Shown: piece after piece, positions 12,401 through 24,300 of the stretch
How the letters are laid out: the number at the start of each line of letters is the position of its first letter
Numbering within the stretch: position 1 is the first letter of the stretch
Origin: Macrostomum lignano
Taxonomy: Eukaryota
DNA: 64,000 bases
NCBI GenBank assembly: GCA_002269645.1
Contig: NIVC01003413.1
Location: forward strand, 35,245 to 99,244
Reading direction: 5' to 3'
Translations under genes and position numbers: made by a program
Notes under the pieces: model-generated
The model's input: the letters and a program-made list of their open reading frames with translations, nothing else
Told to the model about the DNA's origin: nothing
Databases searched by the model: none

Positions 12401-15400
12401 TCGTTGAGGCCGGACTTCAGCGCGACGCCGACGAAGGCCGTGGCGGCTCCACCGCTGACTGGCGCGGTGCGCGCTTGCAGCCGCAGCGTCGGTGAGTTCG
12501 GCCACTGCTCGCTGGTGAGCAGGTGGTACTCGCAGTGACCGTTGAATGTGTAGCTGCGGTTCGAGAGCGTGCTCAGGTGAGGGTCGCCTCGGATGAAGCC
12601 TGGAGATCGGAGGTTGATTGTTTGGTTTAATTGCTTAGTTGCTCAGGTTTTGGTTTGATGCTTAGTTGCTCAGGTTTTGGTTTGATGCTTAGTTGCTCAG
12701 GATTTTGGTTTGATGCTTAGTTGCTCAGGTTTTGGTTTGATGCTTAGTTGCTCAGGTTTTGGTTTGATTCTGTAAGTGACCTAAAGCAGTTGAGCGGCCG
12801 GTAGCTGCCAAAAGTGAATAATTTTTCAAAATACTTAAAATATCGCAGTCAGAGCTACAATTAAAGCGAAGCAGTTACCTCTAGCTGGTTGCTGGTAGTT
12901 CTTGCTGGTGCACATGGGTCTGACGGCATAATAAGCGGCCATCATTCCGGCCGCTGAGCAGACTCTTAGGCCGTACAACTCATTTTGATACTGCGGAGAT
13001 CCGAAGCCAAATTGAAAACTATCAGTCCTGCTATGCCGATAGAAGTACATTGCGTGTCCTGCTTTGTCTGAGCTGGTGCTGATGAGTTGGCCAGCTGTAA
13101 ATGATTGTGTTTTGCAAATCAATGAATTAAAACTTATTTATATCTTATTATCTGGTTCAGTTTATTCAACTCCTCAATCCTCAAGTTCTGACTCACTGGA
13201 TGGCATGCTGAACATGATCCGTCGCATGACAGCTCTCACATTCCAGAGGGCATCACTTCTACGGCACAGCTGACTGATTTCGCTGCCAGCAACTGCCGAT
13301 GACATTCTGTAGCAGCATGTAATCCAAACCAGTCGGCTGCACATTTGGAGCCGGCAGGTCCAAGAAGAATGAGGCCGACAGCCACTGAACGCGCTGCAAT
13401 GGCACGTTTGTGAGCACTGGTAGTTGGTTTTGCGGAAGCACATCCTGATGCTGTCACCGGAGCACTCAAACTCGTACGGACTGTACCGCTTGTCAAGGAC
13501 TGCCGTGCGAAGATCGAAGGGACAGTCGGAGCAGCCTGGAAAGACAGAGCTGCTTTGGTTGGCTCTCGCGGCTGCGATCCAACTGCCGCACTCAGATAAA
13601 ACCCTCTTCCCGATGCTCAGCACGTGTCGTCCGGGTCTTCCCGAACTTCCAGGACTCAGGTTGGGCAGCTCGGGCCAGTCGGGGCGCAGGCTGAATGGCA
13701 GCTCTTTCCGAACGAATAAATTATCCATGAATCCTGAGAATGCCATCAGGTTCAACGTTGGATGGCTCCAGTTGAGGATTCTCGGCACAGGCAGGTGGAA
13801 GTCGCCGTAGTTGAAAATGGCGTATGAGTGAGTCTCGTTGCGCGTTACAACTGCTTGGAACTCGATGCTCTGAAATTGCATGCAGTAAGCAATTGTGCTC
13901 GATTGAGAAAGAGCTGAAAAGCTTGATTTGCGGTCAGCTCTCCAAAGACGAAAAAAGTTTAAATCTGTTACTTGTTGCTTCGTTTAGACTGCTTTGCACG
14001 ATAGCTTTCGTTTTAATTGCCAAAGACTGCCAATTCTGATCATTCAAGTTTGTGCCGTTAAGCAAGCAGTGTATATTCGTGATGTTTCTTTGTTCGCACT
14101 GCCTTGCGTGACAGTTTTATTAATTACCAAAACATGCTAATTCTTAGCACTCCCATGCATAAGCAGAGCTTTACGAAAGAAATGCAGGCGTGACACGCTT
14201 CGCTTTAAGTTTTCCATGAAATAACTATTGAAGCCCTACAAGAAGCTAAATTTCTGAAATCTTATTAGTGACAGGAAATTCTAAAGGTGTACAGCTGTGC
14301 AAGAATATTTTGCGTCCATTGATACCAGTTTAGTAGTTGCGCTGCAAGAATCCTAGCAGATGCGCTACAAACTCTTAATGCCGTTTCAGCCTAAGCTACT
14401 AACTACGATATTTGGGGGGCCGTAGCCGAGCGGTAGCGCAGCTGCTCTGGTGTACCAGCGACCCAGGCTCGATTCCAAGTGCAGTCACATTAATTTGGGG
14501 CTGAATTGGAATCTCGGCTTGGCTCTGCTCGTGCAATTAACGGCCTTGAGAGACAACCCCCAAGGCGCAGTGAAGTTTACATGCCTAACGATAGAATAAA
14601 GTTAGGGCCGCTGTACACTCCTGTGTGAGTGTGTGCCTGCGTACGTATCCGCGCGTTTTTATGCCTGCTCAAGGAAGTCGGCGGAATGGGCAGTAATGCC
14701 TCTCGCCGGTTGTGTGCCTATGTCGCTTAAAGTGCACCAGGGTGCACACAACCCCCTGCCTCTAATAAAAAAGAACTAAGATATTTTCTTGGTCATTGCC
14801 AGCAAACGGAAGTGCAAATTATTTCCGTGGGAATGAGCTCTGTCACTTCGGAGAGATTTCCCCACTCACAGCATTTGCCTTGTCTCGAGAACACAGGCCC
14901 AGGCAGAGGTCGAGCCAGCCGTTTTTCTCGTCCCAAGCTTGCCTAGAAGTGCAGTTCGAGACGCAGTCGAATCGGTTCCCATAAGGCAGTGACGGCGTCA
15001 GAATGCGCCAAGTCACGATGAGCGCCGTCAGAGGGTTGAACTTGGACCGAATCTCCTGCTCTATGATCTGCTTGACCGCGCGCCAGTTCGAGCTAGAGCT
15101 ATGGTTCCTCGAATTCAGCAGCTCGAAGGAAACCTTCGGAGTCCAATATCTCCGGTAGTAGTTGGTGGCAGGCTTAACGAACCAGTAAGGCGCCACGACG
15201 GCTCCAGTAAAGTTGATCTTCGCCGAGGTGGAGTTGTATGGTAAATGCCTCAGGCGATAACCAGAGAAACTGATTGCTCCGTATTGGCTAACCTAGGGTG
15301 TTAAGATTTTTTTATTTAAAGCACACAGAAAAAGTTAAAGGACAATTAAAAAGTTGATTTGAGCGAAATCTCCATCAGCTCAGTAGAAATAACTGTCAAT

Positions 15401-17402
15401 TCGAAGTTACAGTTCAACTTTGTACGCAAAGCCAGATGTTGCAGAGCAGGACTCACTCGAAAAGACAAACTTTCCTGACTGCCAATCAGAAAAGGAGCAC
15501 CACGTGGTGCGGAAATGGAGCGTCTGTCGCCGTACCAGATACGGGTGTACGAACTCATTCGGTAGTACCGGATACGGGTTGCATTTACTGTCGATAGGAT
15601 CATGTGAGCTGAAAAATGCATCCGGGATTGAGAAAACTCGAGTGACTTTAGCCAAATATAAATACAAATATATCACGTCAACTCACGATAACAGACAGTC
15701 CCGTTGCCATAGTAACCCGGCTTGCAAATGCAATCAAATGAACCGATCAGGTTGATGCAGTCGGCATGAGCATCGCATTTGGAGCTGCTGAGACACTCGT
15801 CAACGTCTTTAATTGGGTTCAGTTTATGGCCGTTCAAATACAAGCTCAAGTTTAGTTATAAGTAGCCGCATTTATTTAAAAGTTAGTAAAATAGAAGGTA
15901 GAGTAGCTCGCTTAATAAATAGGAATAAAATGAATGAGAGAACAAACATTAACTCGTTTTTTTACTTTAATTCAATTGCCAATGCATTTCGACCCTCGTA
16001 GGTCATCGTCAGGGCAGTAGTGAAATTGAAAATTCTAATAAACAGTTGAATAAATATACCTGTGATAAGTTGAATACACAATATAAATTATTGTACGTAG
16101 TTTTCAATCGAAACAAGTTAACACACGGTGCAGTAGCGTACACTCAAAGCTAAAACACGCTGAGTATGTCCCAGTATGTCTGCAACTTGAAGTCTCGTGT
16201 CCCTCGGCCTCTCAATGCAGGTGTCGTTTATAAATTTCATTGCTCTGGCGACCAGAGTATTTCGTACATCGGAAAAACTAAGCCACACTTGTACACTAGG
16301 GTCAAGGAGCACTGGACCAAAAGATCTGCTGTACAGGAGCATCTTCTCACATGCAACTCATGCTGTAACAACAAACCGATTGATTTATTTAAGATTATCG
16401 ATTCTTGCCGCCATGAGCACACTTTGAATATCTTAGAGGCTATGTACATCAAAGATCAGAACCCGAGCCTAAACTGCCAGCTAGCTATGGGGGGGTGCCA
16501 GCCGCCAACTCAGCGTGTTTTAGCTTGGAGTGTACGCTACTGCACCGTGTGTTAACTTGTTTCGATTGAAAACTACGTAATAATTTATATTGTGTATTCA
16601 ACTTATCACAGGTATATTTATTCAACTGTTTATTAGAATTTTCAATTTCACTACTGCCCTGACGATAACCTACAAGGGTCGAAATGCATTGGCAATTGAA
16701 TAAAAGTAAAAAAACGAGTTAATGTTTGTTCTCTAATTAAAGTCGAAGGTTTTCACTTACCGGTGCAATTATCTGTTCCGTTGCCTTGAAACCCATCGAT
16801 GCAGGTGCAGTTGTACGACCCCGGCGTGTCGGTGCAGGTAGCGTACAGACCGCAAGGCTTCGAATCGCATTTGCTCACGTCTGCAATGGTAGGTCGTTAC
16901 AGCAGATACGGATAACGAAATAAAGGAAAACGGGTGATCAATGGAATCAACAAAACATCACATCAACCTCACACTAGCACACACATCAGATCCACAACAA
17001 AACACATACACATCGGAAAAACAAGAATACACACATAAGACCCGCAAGCTCAAAACACAGATTAAAATGCAACCACCAGAAACAATAACACGAGAGGAAA
17101 GTTTACGGCAATAAATTTCAGATTGTGTGAATCTACTGCAATCCGGTAATCTACTGCGCAACTGCTCACCTTGCGGCTCCTGGCAGTCAGATATCAGACA
17201 GACATTCACTGACTGCTCGCATTGGGGTCCTGTAAATCCCAGATCGCACTTGCACTCTTCACGGTGATAGTAAGCTGCAATGGTGACGAGTGGGTGCGTG
17301 AGTGAGTGAGTGAGTGAGTGAGTGAGTGAGTGAGTGAGTAAGTGAGTGAGTGAGTGAGTCAGTCAGTCAGTCAGTCAGTCACCCACTCACTCCAGTCAGT
17401 CA

Positions 17403-17445
<43 letters not shown>

Positions 17446-17447
17446 TA

Positions 17448-17486
<39 letters not shown>

Positions 17487-17736
17487 CCCACTCACTCAAA
17501 TCAGTCAGTCAGTCAGTCAGTCAGTCAGTCAGTCAGTCAGTCATCCACTCACTCAAATCAGTCAGTCAGTCACCCACTCACTCAAGTCAGTCAGTCAGTC
17601 AGTCAGTCAGTCAGTCAGTCAGTCACCAACTCACTCAAGTCAGTCAGTCAGTCAGTCAGTCAGTCAGTCAGTCAGTCAGTCACCAACTCACTCAAGTCAG
17701 TCAGTCAGTCACCCACTCACTCCAGTCAGTCAGTCA

Positions 17737-17779
<43 letters not shown>

Positions 17780-17781
17780 TA

Positions 17782-17824
<43 letters not shown>

Positions 17825-18276
17825 CCCACTCACTCAAATCAGTCAGTCAGTCAGTCAGTCAGTCAGTCAGTCAGTCAGTCATCCACTCACTCAAATCAGT
17901 CAGTCAGTCACCCACTCACTCAAGTCAGTCAGTCAGTCAGTCAGTCAGTCAGTCAGTCAGTCAGTCACCCACTCACTCAAATCAGTCAGTCAGTCACCCA
18001 CTCACACAAATCAGTCAGTCAGTCACCCACTCACTCAAGTCAGTCAGTCAGTCAGTCAGTCAGTCAGTCAGTCAGTCAGTCAGTCAGTCAGTCAGTCAGT
18101 CAGTCAGTCAGTCAGTCAGTCAGTCAGTCAGTCAGTCAGTCAGTCAGTCAGTCACCCACTCACTCAAATCAGTCAGTCAGTCACCCACTCACTCAAGTCA
18201 GTCAGTCAGTCAGTCAGTCAGTCAGTCAGTCAGTCAGTCAGTCAGTCAGTCAGTCAGTCAGTCAGTCAGTCAGTCA

Positions 18277-18310
<34 letters not shown>

Positions 18311-21300
18311 AAGTCAGTCAGTCAGTCACCCACTCACTCAAATCAGTCAGTCAGTCAGTCAGTCAGTCAGTCAGTCAGTCAGTCAGTCAGTCAGTCACCC
18401 ACTCACTCAAATCAGTCAGTCAGTCAGTCAGTCAGTCAGTCAGTCAGTCAGTCAGTCACCCACTCACTCAAATCAGTCAGTCAGTCAGTCACCCACTCAC
18501 TCCAGTCAGTCAGTCAGTCAGTCAGTCAGTCAGTCAGTCAGTCAGTCAGTCAGTCAGTCAGTCAGTCAGTCAGTCACCCACTCACTCAAGTCAGTCAGTC
18601 AGTCAGTCAGTCAGTCAGTCAGTCAGCTACTCACCCGTGTCGTCAGCCATGCCGCAGTCAGGGCAGCAGCGGCCCCTGCTCCCGCAGTCGCACACCACAA
18701 TCCTGGGAGTCCACACCGTGACGGCTCCGACCTCGTCCACCGCCGCCAGCTGCAGTTTGATGTCGCCTCGCCAGTTGTCGACGGGCTGCCACACGAGCTG
18801 CCAGCTGCCGCTGGCTCCAGCCTCCAGCTTCGCGGTCCCCCCGACGGCCTCCAGCACGGTGACATTCGGTGAGGCACCGTCGGGATCCGTCACGGAGAAG
18901 GTGACACTGACACTGTTGTTGCCGCTCACTCGCAGCTGGCTCGGGGCGCTCACGAACTGCGGTGGTCGGTTGGCCAGGACGACACGGGTTCGAGTCTCGT
19001 CTCGAATGGCGACGGCCGCGTCTTGAGCGGCTGCGACCGAGCGAAGCTGAGCGGCGTCGAACATGCAGGTGAGGTCGGAGGAGCCGGAGCTGCGGCACAC
19101 CTGCCAGGGCGGAGCGGCAGCGGCATGGGTTTCCATGCGCAAAATGTTTTTCTCGAAATGCATAGTAGGTCTTTACTGGCAATTTTCTCACCAAGAATCC
19201 GGTAGTGACGTTAGCAACAACTTTTTAATTTTTTCGAGCTCGTACATTAAATAACTGATTACACCTGTTCTGATAAGCAGATGTGCAACCGACAGCTGCG
19301 CCGCAGCTATCGGGGGGAGCATCTGAAAGCTGCGTACGGCTGTTCAGTCAAAGTACTGCGGGCTCACCAAACTCACCCTATACTATCGCAGCTAATGCTG
19401 ATTGTCATTTTAGAGCAGGTTTAACTGAAGAAATGTAGAGTTAAGTGTCTTGTTCGAGGACACTAATGGTTCCAGTGAGATCGGGAATCCAACGGTCAAC
19501 CTTCATGTCGAGAGCTACAACCCCTTATAGATTAATGAGTGGATCCAGGGTGGCCAACCATTTTTTGATCAGGGGTACATCAGAAATTTATACCACAACG
19601 AGCGAGGTATCAGCGCAATTTTACCACCACAGGTCAACATTTTCATTTCGCTTGAAAATAGGATCATGACCGTATCTCAGGAAATTTTTCTCTTAAGTGT
19701 CCGATGACCCAATAAATTCACACCAGGACTCATGCATCGTAAAAATTTCTGCTTTTTCCCGAATACTGTAGTTCCACATTAGCACTTCTTAACTTCAACC
19801 TGCCTGTCCGCTCACCTCTTCCGAAGCGTTCTTGAGCTCCGCGTTCCCGCCGAACAGCGCCAGCATGTTGTCCTTGAAGTCCTCAGCAAAGGTCGGCACG
19901 AAGCTGAGATTGCAGAAATCAGCTCGGCCCTTGCCAGCCGGGTAGTGCAGATAGCTCGGCTCTGAGCTCTTGATTCTCCAGCTGTTCCCGAACTCAAACA
20001 GCTGCTTCTCGGAGCTGCCAGCTTTTAGGGCGCCACCGTATCCCAGTCTGAATCGGTATGCGTACCTGTTGCCTAGCAACCCGTCCAGTCCGCTCGCGCA
20101 TTTTCCTGTCAAGTCCAGTTGAACGCCGACTCTGAGCGAGCTCGTCTCCATGGTAACGGTAACGCTGACGCCGGCAGATTCGTCGACAATGTCGATAGTG
20201 CTGTTGTCAGGGACCTCCAGCCGGTAGCTGTCCAGTCTGGTCGCGTTGCTCAGCGCCGCCAGCTCGCCCCTGACGCTGCCGATCCGACGTCCGTCGCTGC
20301 TGAAGACGTCGAGGTCGTCGGAGCTTTCGTTGCGGATCACCGACACGGCCAGCTCGTTGAGGCCGGACTTCAGCGCGACGCCGACGAAGGCCGTGGCGCC
20401 TCCACCGCTGACTGGCGCGGTGCGCGCTTGCAGCTGCACCCTCGGTAAGCGCCAGCAAAATATGTTGTAGAGCAGGTGGTACTCGCAATGACCGTTGAAT
20501 GTGTAGCTGCGGTTCGAGAGCGTGCTCAGGTGAGGGTCGCCTCGGATGAAGCCTGGATATCGGACGTTGGTGTTTGGTTTGATGCTTATAAGTGACCTAA
20601 AGTATTTGAGCTTTAATTACTTTATGAAATACTCAAAATATGGGTGCTTAGAGCTACAGTTACAGCAAATCAGTTACCTCCAACAGGTGGCTGGTAGTTC
20701 TTGCTGGTGCACACGGGTCTTACGGCAGAATAAGCGGCCATCATTCCGGCCGCTGAGCAGACTCTTAGGCCGTACAACTCATTTTGATACTGCTGAGACC
20801 GGAGGCCAAATCGAACTCGATCAGTCGTCATTTGCCGATAAAAGTAAATTGCGTGTCCGGCGCCGTCTGAGCTGCTGCTGATGAGGTGACCAGCTACAAA
20901 TGATTGTTTTTTTTAATTCAGTGGACTAACACTTGGTAAATATTTTACCGTATTTTACATTTTACATTTATATTTAAATACATTTTACCATGTTATTCAA
21001 ACTTTCACGGTCAAGTTGTGACTCACTGGATGACATGTTGAACATGATCTGTCGCATGGCAGCTCTCACTTTCCAGACGGCATCACTTCTACGGCACAGC
21101 TGACTGATTTCGCTGCCAGCAGCTGCCAACGACATTCTGTAGCAGCAACTGGTCGACACCAGCTGACTGCACTTTTGAAGCCGGCAGGCCAAGGAATAAG
21201 AAGGTCTACATCTGCTGTACCTGAACCTTTGTGCGCACAGGTAGCTGGTGTTGCGAAAGCACATCCTGATGCTGTCACCGGAGCACTCAAACTCGTATGG

Positions 21301-24300
21301 ACTGTACCGCTTGTCAAGGACTGCCGTGCGAAGATCGAAGGGACAGTCGGAGCAGCCTGGAAAGACAGAGCGGCTCTGGTTGGCTCTGGCGGCTGCGATC
21401 CAACTGCCGCACTCAGATAAAACCCTCTTCCCAAAGCTCAGCACGTGACGTCCGGGTCTTCCCGAACTTCCGGGACTCAGGTTGGGCAGCTCGGGCCAGT
21501 CGGGGCGCAGGCTGAATGGCAGCTCTTTCCGAACGAAAACATTATCCGTGAATCCTGAGAATGCCATCAGGTTCAACGTTGGATGGCTCCAGTTGAGGAT
21601 TCTCGGCACAGGCAGGTGAAAGTCGCCGTAGTTGAAAATGGCGTATGAGTGAGTCTCGTTGCGCGTTACAACTGCTTGGAACTCGATGCTCTGAAATTGC
21701 ATGCAGTAAGCAATTGTGCTCGATTGAGAAAGAGCTGAAAAGCTTGATTTGCGGTCAGCTCTTCAAAGACGAAAAAAGTGTAAATTCGTGATGTTTTTTC
21801 GTTCGGACTGCGTTTTATCAATTACCAAAGCATGGCAATTCTTAGCACTCCCATGCATGGGCAGATCTTAATGAAAGAAATAAAATGCAGGCGTGACACG
21901 CTTTGCTTCGAATTTGGCTTCGCTATGAAATATTCGTAACTATTGAAGCTAAATCTTTGGGATCTTATTAGTGACGCAAAATTCTAAAGTAGATGTACAG
22001 CTGTGCAACAAGAATATTTTGCGTCCATTGATACAGGTTTAACATTTGAGCTGCAAGAATCCTAGCAGATGCGCTACAAACTCTTAATGCTGTTTCAGCC
22101 TTAGCTACTAACTACGATATTTTCTGGGTCATCGCCAGAAACCCCCCTGCCTCTAATAAAAAAGAACTAAGATATTTTCTGGGTCATTGCCAGCAAACAG
22201 AAGTGCAAAATATTTCTCTGGGAATGAGCTGTGTCACCTCGGAGAGATTTCCCCACTTACAGCATTTGCCTTGGCTCGAGAACACAGGCCCAGGCAGAGG
22301 TCGAGCCAGCCGTTTTTCTCGTCCCAAGCTTGCCTAGAAGTGCAGTTCGAGACGCAGTCGAATCGGTTCCCATAAGGCAGTGACGGCGTCAGAATGCGCC
22401 AAGTCACGATGAGCGCCGTCAGAGGGTTGAACTTGGACCGAATCTCCTGCTGGATAATCTGCTTGACCGCGCGCCAGTTCGACCTGGTGCTGTGGTTCCT
22501 CGAATTCAGCAGCTCGTAGGAAACCTTCGGAATCCAATATCTTCTGTAGTAGTTGGTGACAGGCTTAACGAACCAGTAAGGCGCCACGACGGCTCCAGTA
22601 AAGTTGATCTTCGCCGAGGTGGAGTTGTATGGTAAATACCCCAGGCGATAACCAGAGAAACTGATGGCGCCGTAGTTTGTGAGCTAGGGTGTTGATGATT
22701 CTTTATTATTAAGTACACACAAAAAGTACAAGCACAATTATCGTTATCATGTTTCAAGACATCCTAAAGTAAAGATATAAAGATCTATACTTTAAGATAT
22801 AAAGATATTAAGTAAAGATATTTAAAGAATTTTTTTTTAAATGTAGTTGATTTGAGCCGATTTCCTCTCATCTCAGAAGAAAAAGTCGTCAATTTGAAGT
22901 TACCGTTTAACTCTGTATGCAAAGTAGGATGTTGCAAAGCAGGACTTACTCGACAAGACAAACTTTCCTGGCTGGCAATCAGAAACGGAGCGCCACGTGG
23001 AGCGGAAATGGTGCTACTGTACCATCCACTCGCACTGGTTGCATTTACTGTCGATAGGAGCATTTGAGCTGAAAAATGCATCCGGGATTGAGAAAACTCG
23101 AGTGACTTTAGCCAACTATAAATACAAATATATCACGTCAACTCACGATAACAGACAGTCCCGTTGCCATAGTAACCCGGCTTGCAGATACAATCAAATG
23201 AGCCGATCAGGTTTATGCAGTCGGCATGAGCATCGCATTTGGAGCTGCTGAGACACTCGTCAACGTCTGTAATTGGGTTCAGTTGATGGCCAAACAAATG
23301 CAAGCACAAGTTTAGTTATAAGTAGCCGCATTTAGTTAAAGTTATTAAAGTCGAAGGTTTTCACTTACCGGTGCATTTATCAGTTCCGTTGCCTTGAAAC
23401 CCATCGATGCAGGTGCAGTTGTACGACCCCGGCGTGTCGGTGCAGGTAGCGTACAGACCACAAGGCTTCGAATCGCATTTGCTCACGTCTGCAATGGTAG
23501 GTCGTTGCAGCAGATACGGATAACGAAATAAAGGAAAACGGGTGATCGATGGAATCAACAAAACATCACATCAATCTCACACTAGCACACACATTAGATA
23601 TACAACAACACACACATCGGAAAAACAAGAATACACACATAAGACCAGTAGGAACACACATCTGATCCACAAAAACACACAAAAGGCCTACCAGAATACA
23701 AACATTATAGAGCCAGTTGAAAACACAGAAACAAATTAAAAAGCAACCATTAGACACAATAACACGAGGGAAAGTTTAAGACAATAAATTTCAGATTGTG
23801 TGAATCTACTGCAATCCGGTAATCTACTACGCAACTGCTCACCTTGCGGCTCCTGACAGTCAGTTGTCAGAAAGACTTTCACTGACTGCTCCTTCACTCA
23901 CTGACTGAAATCTTCTATCTTCTGTCTTTTACATTCTTATACCCCGACTGCTGACTAAATCAAACTCACTTTTCTGGGACTGAGCTGTCTAATGGTTAGT
24001 GACTTTCGTTAGTGAGCCACGAGTGACTTTGATCATTATCTACCAATGAAACCGTACACATAATATTATTGTCACATGATTTCGTAGTAAAAGTGTGTTG
24101 AATAATCTGTCATTGTGTCATGCTGTACGCTCATTATTCAACGCTTAGGAATCATTATTTAAGGCTTCTAAAAATACATTCATGAGACAATGGGTTTGTG
24201 TATATGGTTTTGTCATAGACAATGATAAATTTTAGTCACTCCTTTTTTCGCCACTCGTAAAAATTTTATTATTGTCTACCTCCAAAACTATATAGACAAT

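Larger units (their letters stand above)
15937..16734 (+). mobile_element. Penelope-like element 3' fragment (GIY-YIG endonuclease) with ~228-bp inverted arms
   Basis: ORF 16166-16555 GVVYKFHC...SYIGKTKPHLYTRVKEH...LNILEAMYIKDQNPSLN; arms 15937-16165 and 16508-16734 are near-perfect reverse complements. Confidence 0.9.

Noticed and set aside
14414-14490. Possible tRNA gene
   Set aside because: Has A/B boxes but no proper acceptor stem; continues into a SINE body with A-tail and TSD
19264-19421. Possible small MITE (ACCTGTTCTGA ... TTAGAGCAGGT)
   Set aside because: TIR is short and imperfect and I could not identify a TSD
23843-23891. Possible functional alternative mini-exon
   Set aside because: Nearby AG acceptors give stops or the wrong frame, and a conserved Cys is lost
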